The notes under the pieces: generated by a model
Seen by the model: only the letters and a program-made list of their open reading frames with translations
Databases searched by the model: none
What the model was told of the DNA's origin: nothing
Made by a program: the position numbers and the translations under genes
Assembly: GCA_951406725.2 (NCBI GenBank)
Contig: OX597834.1
Location: 46,624,001-46,688,000 of the forward strand
Direction: 5' to 3'
DNA length: 64,000 nucleotides
From: Octopus vulgaris
Taxonomy: Eukaryota
Part shown: piece by piece, positions 24,789-38,250 of the stretch
Layout: each line of letters begins with the position of its first letter
Position numbering within the stretch: position 1 is the first letter of the stretch

Positions 24789-25291
24789 ATCCTGTCCCTA
24801 ACCCTATCTCTAACCCTAACCCTAAATTTTAGCCTTTCGTTGTTTTTTTTAATTGTTAAATTAATTTAATTGTTACGCGTGTGTCTAAAATTATTCGTTT
24901 TGTTTTTGCTTTGAGTTTTTGCTTTCGTTTTTTTCTTAATTGTTAAATTAAAATTATTTTCCCTTGCTTTGGTTTTTTTTCTTCTTAATTGTTATCCTTA
25001 AATTAATTTAACAATTAAGAAAAAAACGAAAGGCTAAAATTTAGGGTTAGGGTTAGTGACAGGATGTTGTCTCAGTTTTAGACGCAGCAAATGATTTTAG
25101 CTCAAAAGAGGCCTTGGATTAGTTAAAATTCGAAAAATTAAACTACGTTAAACTTACAAATTACAATTTTCTCAAGAAAGCCAAGAGAAAAAAATGTTTT
25201 ATTTTGACACATTCTACCAGTATACGAAGTTTAAAAGTGTTTAGTTAACTAGAAATTGTGTTGAAAACTGCCGTTCAAACGGAAAAGATCC
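24789..25291. mobile_element. Foldback MITE missing the outer left arm
   Basis: Same family as 31099-31824; right terminus ...GGAAAAGATCC; internal CCCTAA/TTAGGG repeats. Confidence 0.85.
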
Positions 25292-25774
25292 TGAAACCCC
25301 ACCACCCTTGGGAAATCAGCCGAAGGAGAATCATAAGTAAAAGGTGAGAAATCACGGTGCAGCACCAGCATGGCCGCAGCCGCATGGCTGAATCGAATAA
25401 AAGAACAGACGGCGTGCGCGGCCCTTCATTTTCTACTTAAGTCTACGTCGGGTGTGCAGCGGTTTTACATTCGAATATTTTGTAGATATTATTATTATTT
25501 TGATGCATTGTCTGAACTGCACATTGGTTGCACATCAGCTACACACTGGCTACATAAGGCATACATGTATGTATTGACGGAGATGAGCCAGCAGACAACA
25601 TCATAAGTATAAGTACCGTCGTATTTAGTGGACGGCGGCCACATGATGGGGTGTCTGTTGTTGTTGTTTGTGTTCGTATTGTTCTTTTTTTTTTTTTTTT
25701 TTTTTGTGGGGGTTTTTTTGTCTGAGCTGAAAATAGTCAACGTCGATCTAATAATGATGATGACGGCGTCTTTA

Positions 25775-25812
<38 letters not shown>

Positions 25813-25953
25813 CATATTCTTTTACTCGTTTTCCTTTTATATGTTTCAGTCCAACGACTGTGGCCATGCTGGAGCACCGCCATTTTATGTATATAAATAT
25901 ACATAAAAGCATGTGTGTGTGTATGTGCGTACGTATGTTTGTATGCCCGTATG

Positions 25954-25985
<32 letters not shown>

Positions 25986-26020
25986 TGTATGCATGCATAT
26001 ATATATATATATATATATCA

Positions 26021-26069
<49 letters not shown>

Positions 26070-26070
<1 letters not shown>

Positions 26071-26290
26071 AGTTAATCCAAACATGAAAACACAAAGAAA
26101 AAACACCACAACGCGAGTACATGGAACAAGTATAGTATTATTGGACGCTCAGGAAAGAAGGAAAGAAGGAAGGTTTAACGTTTCGAGCAGAGCTCTTCGT
26201 CGGAAACATAGGAAAAGGAAAGATCCAAAGAAGGGAAGACGGAGGAAAAAAATCGCCAACGGTACATACGCGGTCACATTTTGAATGGAT
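26070..26290 (-). mobile_element. Penelope-type terminal repeat with hammerhead (26173-26207)
   Basis: Minus strand GTTT-CCGACGA-A-GAGC-TCT-GCTC-GAAAC-GTT-AAAC; bounded by (TA)n; related stub at about 39030-39102. Confidence 0.7.
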
Positions 26291-26299
26291 ATATATGTA

Positions 26300-26897
26300 T
26301 GTTGCTAAATTGGCAAAGAAATGTAGGCGGCTAACCGGAAGGTCACTTAGAACCTTTAGAACAAGAGACCAGGAAACCATGATGGTCCTCTGGAGGACAC
26401 TTATCCGAAGCCACTTTGACTATTGCTCTCAGCTATGGTCACCATCCAGTGTCAAATTAATCGCAGAACTTGAGGCGATCCAACGAAGCTACACGAAGAA
26501 GATAGCCTCTGTGCAGCATATAAGCTATTGGGAAAGACTCAAGAGACTCTATTCCTTAGAGCGTAGGCGAGAAAGATATGCCATAATATAAATCTGGAAG
26601 ATCCTGGAAGGACTTGTCACAAACTTTGGCACCGAGAGTTACACAAATACTAGAACTGGGCGCCACTGCATAGTGCCAAGGACTCCAAATTTGCCATCAA
26701 GATGTAGGACAAGATACTGTGATAGCCTGGGCTTCAGAGGTCCACAGCTCTTCAATATCCTCCCGAAGAACCTTAGAGACCTGCATGGTGTGGATGCAGA
26801 TGTCTTTAAAATAAAACTGGATCTCTTCCTGTCACGTGTCCCAGATGAACCAACTTCACGGCAGAAGGTGCAGACGAGGGCAGCTGCATCGAACTCA
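26300..26897 (+). pseudogene. CR1-group LINE ORF2 C-terminal fragment
   Basis: [67 protein letters not shown]. Confidence 0.85.
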
Positions 26898-27109
26898 GAA
26901 ACACGCATTGAGTCGAAACAGTTGCAGCTGAAGAAGGGGAATATTCCTTGTATTGTCTGTCTTGTACTCTGTTTTTTCGTTGTTAAAAAAAGTCCGTTTC
27001 CTTGTTTGATTTTCTGTGTTCGTTTCTCGTTATGTTCTACGTTTATTTGTGGTGTCCTGTACTCATATATGCATGTATATATACATATAGATGTAGGTAT
27101 GTACATATA

Positions 27110-27110
<1 letters not shown>
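26898..27110 (+). mobile_element. Short dispersed repeat, probably a Penelope-type tail
   Basis: TTTCGTTGTT..AAAAAA..GTTT motif shared with about 9430-9630 (-) and 44050-44230 (+); ends in (TA)n-type sequence. Confidence 0.5.
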
Positions 27111-27981
<871 letters not shown>

Positions 27982-27984
<3 letters not shown>

Positions 27985-28225
27985 CCATGTTGATTCGCTA
28001 GCTTCTGCACGCATATTTTTTTCTCTCCTTCTTTCTGTGTTTTTTCTCTGTGTATCTTTCTGTTGAAGAGCGTAGGCTCGAAACGTTAAAGACTTGTTTT
28101 ATTTATATTTCCTGAGCGCCATACTAATACAATTGTTTGTTTGTATTCCACCTGCCTTCGTCTTTTGTTTATTTCCGTAAACCTGCCTTCGTCTTTTGTC
28201 TATTTTCATAAAGCTTCCCGTTATA
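27982..28225 (+). mobile_element. Solo terminal repeat of the Penelope element, with hammerhead-like motif 28055-28092
   Basis: Closely similar to 21265-21475; TCTTT-CTGTTGA-A-GAGC-GTAG-GCTC-GAAAC-GTT-AAAGA. Confidence 0.85.
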
Positions 28226-28538
28226 TATATATATTTGTACTTGCACCTTATCTATCATGGCGTCAGATCTGGCTTTTTATACCAGACAATGTTTTGAAAA
28301 GACATCTATATAAATTGCATATCTGCTTCGCATAACGGAGAGGTGCAGTTAAGTTCTGATACTTGTAGGTCTTAAAATATCATATGAGGCCTCCGTTAGA
28401 TTTGCAGATCTTATGGCAAACATGCATGGCATTGACAGGTGTACACTGATAGATAGGTAGAGTAGTTGGTGGAGGTTCGTTTTTCATGGATCCGCATATG
28501 AGATTTGAGCCCAGCACAAGAAAGGCATCGTCTGTCAC

Positions 28539-28625
<87 letters not shown>

Positions 28626-29495
28626 TGTGTCTGTGTACGTATGAGTATATATTAGGCAGTGTACACGAAAAGGAAACAACACGGGAGGGGCAAATTTTTA
28701 CAAATACTGTATAAGTGTTTAAAGGATGGAAGCGAAAAATGCTGACTTTTCGGACGCTAGTCCTTCTTCACACACACACAAAGAAAAATAAGAAAGAGAA
28801 AAGGTGGCTGTAAACATGAAAGAAAAACAATTAGGAACCAGGTGGAAATGTGCAGTTGCACTTATAGTGCAGTTAGTTCCAAATTACAGCAATTAAAAAG
28901 CTTACTTCATAATCTGTTATATGCTGTTGCACTTTACTTTTGACCGTTCGTGTTCTTACTGCATATATGACTCACATGCATTTTATTGCATAACACTGCT
29001 GCCACCGCTGCTGCTGTGCAGCATATGCCGGTCACTGTTGTTTGACTCTTTCCTATGCATCGAGTTGGATATCATTCTTTTAATTGATGCTTCTGGGTGC
29101 AACTTCTTGCATTGTACTATTTTTGAGTCTCTAAAAATGCAGTTGTTGCTGCTGTTATTGTGCAGTTAACTGCAACGTACTGCAGTTAAGTGACTAACAA
29201 TGCACCCAGTTGAAGAACTCTGCTGCTGCTGCTGCTGCTGTTCTTATTCTTGTTCATGTTGTTTAAACTTAGGACAGCGCATACCGAGTCGGCCCATCAT
29301 CAAATGTATTTCAGACACGACTTCCCTGTCTTTTTGCTCAGACATGCTGTATTAAGGACTATATTTTGTACTTTTCTGAGACAGACATGTACGATTTCAG
29401 TGTATATTCCCTGTTACGTCTAACAGGAAGTGATTCATTTGTTGTCTAATGGTAATGTCGGTGACGTTCCTTTATCAATAATAGTGTGTTGGTTA

Positions 29496-29670
29496 AGGCG
29501 GCGAACTGGCAAAATCGTTAGCACGCCGGGCAAAATGCTTAGCGATGTTTCTTCTGGCTCTTCACATTCTGAGTTCAAATTCCGCCGGGGTCGACTTTGC
29601 TTTTCATCCTTTCAGGGTCGATAAAATAAGTGTCAGCTGAGTACTGGGGGTCGATGTAGTCGACTTACTC
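29496..29670 (+). mobile_element. tRNA-related SINE, family B
   Basis: GGCGGCGAACTGGCAAAATCGTTAGC..GAGTTCAAATTCC..TTTTCATCCTTTCAGGGTCGATAA; many copies at 45-50 kb. Confidence 0.85.
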
Positions 29671-30592
29671 TCTCTGATGGTATGATGGTATGATGAAGGT
29701 GGTAGAGGTGGTGATGGTGTTGGTCATAATGGAAGTAATGGTGATGATGGTTATCAAAGTGAACAATTGACGATGTGATCATGGATGTCAGTGTACCTGC
29801 TTGATCAGCGCTGACCTAGGGCTAAACAACAACAACAACAACAACAACCCGTAACCAAAACTAGTCACAACTGACAGCACATCCCCACCGCCGCCGCCGC
29901 CACCACATACAGTGGACATGGAATGATGACGGTTCTAGAAGTCTTTCATCATCAGAAATCTGCTCAAAAAAAAAAAGAAGAAAAGCATTGACCTCGTTCC
30001 TCAAAAGAACAGCAGCAATCATTGTCATCACCACCACTGTTGCACTGTTAGCCATGGCTGGATTGGTGCAGCGAATGAAGTCACTGCTGCTGCTGCTGCT
30101 GTGTTTGTGACGATGACAACGATGAGACGGTGGTGGTGGTAGTGGTGCAAACATGAAGACAGGAGAACATTTACCCATCGTGTGTGGGGGGTGGGGGTGC
30201 GGAGGATGGCCAAATGTTTTCCTCTCTCCATGTTTGCAAAATATGGAGCAGACGATTTCTGGCTGTCGTAAATCCAAATCTTTCCCGGACGACGTATTTT
30301 AAACTTTCAAACTTCTTCTTCTTCTTTTCTCCCCCTCTTCCTTTTTCTTCTTCTTCCTCATCTTTTTCTCCTCCTCCTTCTTCTTCCTCATCTTCTTTTT
30401 CTCCTCTTCCTCCTTCTTTTTTCTTCTTCTTCTTCCTCTTCTTCATCTTCTTCATCAGCAGCAGCACCATCATCACCACTTTCGTCCTATTGCTCCTCCC
30501 CTCCCCTCTTCCTCCTCCTCCTCCTCATCATCATCATCATGTTTGTGTGTGTACTTATGTATGCGTGTATAAATATATATATATATTTTTTA

Positions 30593-31860
30593 TAACGACT
30601 GACAAGGGAGACAACCTCCCTACCTGCGGCAAGCGAGATGGAATCCTATCAGCGCTGGTTTCAGATTTGATTAATGTTCATCAGTGAACCATTACTCCGT
30701 CGCCGAGAGTTAAAGTACATAACTCACCTTCTCAGTCTTATCTCGCTTGCCGTAGGGAGCTTATCTCCCTTGTCAGTCATCAGAAAAGTGCTCTCAAAAG
30801 AGTTGTTTTGACTATTATTTCTAGCAATGCTGATGCTGACTAGCACCATCAGTCGCTTTAGTGTCGTCTATACTTTTTGCCTTTCGGTTGTAAATTGCAA
30901 ATAGCCACCTTAATAATTTATAGTTCTCACTTCACTGTTTTCGGAAACAGTCAATGTTTCCAGTAGTATTCTCTACAAGATTGACAAGGTGAGTTGAGAT
31001 TTTAACCTTCGGCTACGGAGTAAAGGGTCACTGATGAACATTAATCAAATCTGAAATTAGCGCTGATATGATTCCGTCTAGCTTGCTGAAGGAAGCTTGG
31101 AGCTTTTCCTTTTGAACGGCAGTTTTCAACGCAATTTCTAGTTAACTAAACACATTTAAACTTCGTATACTGGTAGAATGTGTCAAAATAAATCATTTTT
31201 TCCTCTTGGCTTTCTTGAGAAAATTATAATTTGTAAGTTTAATGTAGTTTAATTTTTCGAATTTTAACCAATCCAAGGCCTCTTTTGAGCTAAAATCATT
31301 TGCTGCGTCTAAAACCGAGACAACATCCTGTCACTAACCCTATCTCTAACCCTAACCCTAAATTTTAGCCTTTCGTTGTTTTTTTTAATTGTTAAATTAA
31401 TTTAATTGTTACGCGTGTGTCTAAGATTATTCGTTTTGTTTTTGTTTTGAGATACACGTGTATTGTTTAAACTATTTTCCATTGCTTAAGAAAAAAAAAA
31501 CGAAAGCAATGGAAAATAATTTAAACAATTAACAAACAAAATAATTCTATAATTTTATACACACGCTTTCCGAACGTAAACATAACAGTGACAGGATGTT
31601 GTCTCAGTTTTAGACGCAGCAAATGATTTTAGCTAAATAGAGGCCATCGATTGGTTAAAAAGTCGAAAAATTAAACTACGTTAAACTTACAAATTACAAT
31701 TTTCTCAAGCAAGCCAAGAGAAAAAAATGTTTTATTTTGACACATTCTACCAGTATACGAAGTTTAAAAGTGTTTAGTTAACTAGAAATTGTGTTGAAAA
31801 CTGCCGTTCAAAAGGAAAAGATCTGGAAGCTTGTCTCCCTCGTCAGAAAAGTACTCTCAC
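30593..31860. repeat. Decayed inverted-repeat module (arms about 30593-30690 and 31025-31098 plus 31825-31850) interrupted by a MITE
   Basis: CAGATTTGATTAATGTTCATCAGTGA versus TCACTGATGAACATTAATCAAATCTG; contains CTGATGA..GAAA. Confidence 0.65.
31099..31824. mobile_element. Complete foldback MITE with ~230-bp TIRs and 8-bp TSD (Merlin-like)
   Basis: GGAGCTTTTCCTTTTGAACGGCAG...CTGCCGTTCAAAAGGAAAAGATCT; GGAAGCTT duplicated at 31091-31098 and 31825-31832. Confidence 0.88.
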
Positions 31861-32224
31861 GTGGCTGAGTTGTTTTGACTCTCTAGCAATTTTGAAGGTA
31901 GAGGTTAGTCGATATAACACTGGTTCTTCTTATTAACCCTAAAAAGATGAAAGGGAAAACTGACTTTGGCAGCGTTTGAACTCAGAACGCAAAAAAAAAA
32001 CAAAAAAAAAAAACAAATACTACAAGCCATTTTGCTCTCATAAATCTGCCAGCTCGCTGCCTCGGGTAAATATGTAAAAGAAATGGAAACCGTTTCTTGC
32101 CTCGTTTTATTCATCATTCTTGAGTATAAAAACATACGAGTAACTCGTTTTTCAAGAAGTACAAAAAAAACGAAAAAACAAAAAGGGAATAATAAGAATT
32201 GAATGTGTTGTTACATACAAACGT

Positions 32225-32780
32225 ATCAAAGTATATCTGGTTTTAAAGAAATATCACAAACTGTAAAAATAGATACGAGTTTGTCAAAGTACATTTCGTT
32301 CTTATGAAGTAATAATAACAAAAGCAATAAAGTGAGATGATAGTTTTTCATAGTAGCTCTGACTTTTAAAAATATTAATACCAGAAACAACAAAGCTGGA
32401 TTCTCAAAGTACATTTGGCATTTAAGAAATATCATCAGAAACTACAAAACAAGATACAAGTTTTTCCAGGGACATCTGGGGCGTTTAAGAAATAATATCA
32501 GAGACTGCAAAGCTAGATACAAGTTTGTCAAAGTGCCTATAGTTTTTAAGTAAATTATAATATCAGAGACTTCAAAGATACATACAAGTTTGTCAAAGGA
32601 TATCTGGCTTTTAAAGAAATTATATTTTGAGAAATAATATCAAAGACTTCGACGCTGCATATAAGTTTGTCAACGTACGTCTGATTTCAGAAAATGATAG
32701 CAGGCACTACGAAGCTAGATAAAGTTGGTCAAAGTACATCTACTTTTTAAGAAACAATATCAGAGACTATGAAATTATCA
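32225..32780. repeat. Degenerate ~60-bp minisatellite (about 8 units)
   Basis: Recurring AATATCAGAGACT..AAGCTAGATACAAGTTTGTCAAAGTACATCT..TTTAAGAAA. Confidence 0.75.
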
Positions 32781-33908
32781 GAAAAATATTGGCAGAAGCC
32801 AAATAATGATAGCTATGGCATTTGCCTCACTAGATTTTCTAATACCTTAAATTATATATATTTTTTAAATGTACAGCTTATCTTGATAACATTTGTGGAA
32901 CATTAGTGCATCCAGGCGCACTGTTTAAGGACCACTGATTTAGAAGTAGGTGCTGGGCAGGGCAGGGCTGTTCTTATGGCCTGCGTTGTCGCTCCCAAAC
33001 GTGAGATAAATAAGGCTGATGTCGTCTTACATGAAAAAATATGGAGAGGGGGAGAATTCTAGAAGAATGACGTTCTGAATTGTAAAGGCTGAGTGTAGTG
33101 ATTGTTACGGAGGAGGATGGATTAAGGAGCAAATATAGGGAACAAGAAGAAGAGAGACAAATGTGATGGATTGAATCAGGCTAAGGTGGCACGTGACCAA
33201 CCAAATCCGAGAAAAGGAACCACAGCAGTTTAGATAGAGGGAGGAGAGATAGAGGTAAGGGTGGTAGGGAAAGTATGGGGTGGAAGAAGGAAGAGAGTCA
33301 AAAAGAGGGGGGGAGAGGATAAAGGTAAGGAGCGGCTGAAGGGGAGAAGGTAACAGGTTTGTGGTTGAGAGCTTTGTGTGTGTCGGTGAGCGACTACAGG
33401 TCAATCAATGGGGTTGTCTTATTTTTGGATGTGATCTCGGATGTCAGTGATAACAATGACAGCAACAGCAACAACTGCAACAGCAGCATCAACAACAAAA
33501 ACAAGAACAACAGTAATAATATTCGCAGCAACAACAATCAGCGTCACCAGCAACAAAAACAAGGACAGCAGCAGCATTTGTTCAAGAATTTGGACCTGGA
33601 GATTTCCATTTCCAGCGACTTCGAGGGTCACCTCCCAGTGGTGTCGGGCGTCAACGAAGAGCCCTCAACTACAACAAGACGACCAAAGTTTTTTTTTTTC
33701 TAAAGTCTGGGGTCTCCCGCCCCTAAGCCCTAGACCATCACCTAATCACCCTGACCCGTCTTGTTGCTTAACAACAACAACAACAGCAGCAGCAACAACA
33801 CGGTCCCAGATGACAACTTCAGTCCGCAATGTTTTGGACATGCGCAGTATGGAAGACGGTGGCTCCTCCGGCTTTTATCTATGTTATTAGCAGCCGTATT
33901 AAGGACTG

Positions 33909-34085
33909 TGGAGGCGCAATGGCCCAGTGGTGAGGGCAGCGGACTCGCAGTCGTAGGATCGCAGTTTTGATTCCCAGACCGGGTGTTGTGAGTGTTTTTT
34001 GAGCGAAAACACCAACATCTCCACGAGGCTCCGGCAGGGGCTAGTAGCGAACCCTGCTTTACTCTTTTACCACAAATTTCTCTCC
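33909..34085 (+). mobile_element. tRNA-derived SINE, family C, 5' part
   Basis: GGAGGCGCAATGGCCCAGTGG head; inverse copies at 35465-35840 and 56085-56310. Confidence 0.8.
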
Positions 34086-35464
34086 CTCTTTTTTTTCCTC
34101 TTCTCTTCCATGTGTCTAATATCGTTAGATATTCATAAGTGAAATATTCGTAAACAAATTCGTAAATTTTCGCCAAATAGATCAAATTTTACTTAACTTC
34201 GTGAAAGACGGTTTCAAAAACTCTGCCCTAAACTGTAGTTTGTTTAGTTTATACCTCAACTTGATGCGGATACTTCCCTAGAATATCAACTGGTATTGGT
34301 TTGTTTGTTTACCTCCCTGCAACTTAGCAGTTCCGTAAAAGAGTCCATTAGAGTAATAAGTAACAGGCCTTTGAAGAAGTACTGGGATGGGTCAATTCGT
34401 TCGACTAAAACCCATCAATGCGGTGCCCCAGCATGGCTGCAGTCCAGTGACCGCAAGAAGCAAAAAGTAAAAGCTAAGCATGAATTGTTTATGATGTATG
34501 GACGCCAGGGAAATATATGCCCGGAACAGAGCAAAGAATAAAGACCACTCATCTAAGTAACCATTGACAATTCGATTATCCAACGAAGCGTTCGTTAAAT
34601 TCCAGTAAACACGTTTCCGTCCCCCATAACTCGTCAACCGTTCATCTAACCTTTAAACCATCCAGCTAACCGTCCAACCAATCATTTCAAATATCAAACT
34701 AGTCATCACCGCCACCACCACCACCACCACGATCACTTTTCAGCCATCACCATCAACGCCAACGCCACTACCTTGCTGGCAATCATCGCCACCACCGCTA
34801 CCAACAACAACAATAACACCGCCACCACCACCTTGTCGCTATCACCCCACCATCACCACTTTAATATTATCACAACCACTACCACAACCATCACACCAAC
34901 TAACCACTCAGCGCGCCAAGTAGCACGCGCGTCGTCTGATCGTCCGCACGCGTTTGTACGTGTGATTGGCACGAACGTGCGCCTGCTTCTGTGTGTGTGA
35001 GTGTATGAATGTATGTGTCAATGTGTATGTGTATGATGCATGAATTTTGTTTGTGTATGCGTATATGAGTACGTTTGTGTGTGTGTGGGTCTGTGTGTGC
35101 GTGTGTGTGAATGAGTACGTTTTTGTCTGTGCATGTGTATTTCTGTGTATATGTACGTGAGTCTGTGAACGTATGTATATGTGCTTGTATGTGTGTATGC
35201 ATGAGTGTGTACGCGTATATTCATGTGCATGAGTGTGTTTGTATCAGTATGTGTGTATTTGCGTGTATAAGTATGTGTGTGTGTGTGTGCGAGCGTGAGT
35301 CTGTGTGTGATCGTGTGTATTTGTATGTACATGTGTATGTATGTACATATCACAGAGATATAGAGATACGGAGAAAGAAAATCGCCAACGATACACACGC
35401 GATATACATACATACATACAGACAGACAGACATACAGACAGACAGACAGACAGACAGCCCGACC

Positions 35465-35840
35465 GACATTGTGGCACTCCGTCGGTTACGACGACGAGGG
35501 TGCCAGTTGATCCGATCAACGGAAGAGCCAGCTCGTGAAATTGTCGTATAATTGGCTGAGCACTCCACAGACACGTGTACATTTAACGTAGTTCTTGGGG
35601 AGATTCAGAGTGTAACGAGGCTGGCCCTTCGAAATATAGGTACAACAGAAACAAGAAGAAAGAGTGAGGGGAAAGTTGTGGTGAAAGAGTACAGCAGGGT
35701 TCGCCACCACCCGCTGCCGGAGCCTCGTGGGGCTTTAGGTGTTTACGCTCAATAAACACTCACAACGCCCGGTCTGGGAATCGAAACCGAGATCCCACGA
35801 CTGCGAGTCCGCTGACCTAACCACTAGGCCATTGCGCCCC
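35465..35840 (-). mobile_element. SINE family C, near full length
   Basis: Reverse complement of the head at 33909 with intact B box GTTTCGATTCC. Confidence 0.85.
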
Positions 35841-36174
35841 CCCACACACACATTTCCCAACACACACACGCGCGTACACACATTAGAATAGGAGAGTTAA
35901 GAATGTAGTAGATAAGATCCGGGCTACATTTGTTTCAATGCGAGTGGAACGTCAGAATTAGTAAATATCCATGTGAGGTGAACTCGTTCAGGCCCACCCT
36001 CTCTGTTGGAATCTCCCAGTGTTAATGCCTACCCCCTTGCCACAAAGTAAACTTTCGTTTAATCATGATACCGTTGGCCTGACCAGTAGCCTGCGGTATA
36101 CACCTCTATTGGATATATTTACCATTTCTGAGGTTCCGCTCGCTGAGAAACATATGTAGCCCGGATCTTATCTA

Positions 36175-36329
36175 CTCCATTCCTTAATTCTTGTATTCTT
36201 ATTCGCTCCATTCCTTAATTCTTGTATTCTAATTCGCTCCATTCCTTAATTCTTGTATTCTTATTCGCTCCATTCCTTAATTCTTGTATTCTTATTCGCT
36301 CCATTCCTTGATTCTTGTATTCTTATTCG
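36175..36329. repeat. Five copies of a 31-bp tandem repeat
   Basis: Unit CTCCATTCCTTAATTCTTGTATTCTTATTCG, near identical, no spacers. Confidence 0.92.
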
Positions 36330-36384
36330 CATACCCGGCAGCACTGGTTGCCTAGCTTATCGTACATTGATACAAAAAGATCCA

Positions 36385-36790
36385 CGAGTGGCTGTGTGGT
36401 AAGTAGCTTGCTTACCAACCACATGGTCATAGGTTCAGTCCCACTGCGTGGCACCTTGGGCAAGTGTCTTCTACCATAGCCTCGGGCCGACCAAAGCCTT
36501 GTGAGTGGATTTAGGAGACGGAAACTGAAAGAAGCCCGTCGTATGTATAAATATATATAGGTGTGTGTACGTATATGTTTGTGTGTCTGTGCTTTTCCCA
36601 ACAACATCGCTTGACAACCAATGCTGGTGTGTTTACGTCCCCGTAACTTAGCGGTTCGGCAAAAGAGACCGATAGAATAAGTACTAGGCTTACAAAGAAT
36701 AAGTCCTGGGGGTCGATTTGCTCGACTAAAGGCGATGCTCCAGCATGGCCGCAGTCAAATGACAAACAAATAAAAGAATAAAAAGAATAT
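36385..36790 (+). mobile_element. SINE family A, full length
   Basis: Complete head, internal (TA)/(TG) tract and A-rich tail. Confidence 0.92.
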
Positions 36791-36869
36791 AATATATATA
36801 TATATATATATATACATATATCTTTATATATATTTACTCACACATACATCCACATACGCACACACAAAG

Positions 36870-37534
36870 GGACAGAAAAGAGAGAGAGAGAGAGACGTAT
36901 AGGTTAGCACAGTGATTGGAAGAGGAGGAAGTAAAGGATATGATGAGAGAGCTAAAGAAGCAGGCGTCGAGATGAAGTGGGACTGAGTGATACTCGAGTG
37001 AGGATGATTCTATGAATATTGGTAAGTATTGAAGAGACACGAATGTGGAATATGCATGAACGGGGCTGAGTGTGTGACATGCACGAGGGGGAGATATGGA
37101 AGAGTAAGGGCGGTGAAAGGGTGAATGGAGTGAGTCAATGAGGAGGTATGTGTAAGAGAGAGGGAGAGCGGGAGAGTGAGAGAGATTACTTGTACAAGTA
37201 TATCGAAAGAAGTAAAGCAGACGACTGAGGTAGAGTACAAGCCGTAGTGTAAGCTGAGGCCGAGAAGGAAGGAAACACAGATGGGAGTAAGTGAGGAAGA
37301 GCAATAAGGAGAGAGTGAATGTAAAAGAGAGATGAAGAGAGAGAGAGAGAGAGAGAGGGGGGGAATGGATAGCGTGATTGCGAGACGATCGAAGTGAGTG
37401 AGTGGTAAAGCAAACAAGGGAGAAGGAGGTAGGGAGAAATGAGTGGGCGAAGTGTGAGTAGAATATCAGAGTTAGATGGAGAGAGAGGGGAGAGGGAGAG
37501 AGAAGGAAAGAAAGAGAAAGACAATTAGACAGAC

Positions 37535-37607
<73 letters not shown>

Positions 37608-38250
37608 CAAACAAGGAATGAACATGACGAAAAAGGGATTTGGAAGGAAATTTTGTGATGGAAAGGAAAAGAGAAACAGAAAGAAGATACTAACGGAGAG
37701 AGTCGAGAGCGACAAAGAGATAAATAAAGAGAGGGATAAAAAAGAGAGGGATGAAGGGGAGGAAAGTTAACGAAGTGTAGTGGACCGGGAGTTGTGAGAG
37801 TGATAGAGAGGGAGCAAGAGAGTATAACACGTTTGTGAGGGAGGGGACAATCCTAGAGAGAGAGAGAGAGAGAGGAAAACACACACACACAGGTAGATAA
37901 GAGAAAGAAAGGAATGTCTAAAGGAGTAAGGCGATCAGAGGAATAGATAGAAACAAAGAAAGAGGGAGGGAGAAGGAGAGAAAAGTTAAGTAAGTGTTGT
38001 AGAGGGAAAGAAAGGAAAAGGGGTGGGAGTGGATGAGAAAGAGAAAGTCTAACACGTATGTGAGGGGGGGGGCAATAGAATAAGAGAAAGAGAGAAAAGA
38101 AAAATAGAGAAAAAGAGGGAGGGAGATAAGAGAAAGAAAGAAAAAGAAAAGCGATGAACGGGGGAGAAGCAGCAGAGATATGAGTGTGAGTTAAAGAGAA
38201 TGTATGAGTGTGACTGAGTTTGAGTGAAAAGTATGAGGAGGAGAGTGTGA
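36870..38250. repeat. GA-rich low-complexity tract with (TA)n and (GATA)n
   Basis: Strong purine skew on the + strand. Confidence 0.8.

Noticed and set aside
24795-25056. Telomere or chromosome-fusion relic (CCCTAA...TTAGGG)
   Set aside because: Only 2-3 hexamers per side, and they are an internal part of a MITE also present at 31.3 kb.
36175-36329. CRISPR-like 31-bp repeats
   Set aside because: No spacers, no cas genes, eukaryotic context.
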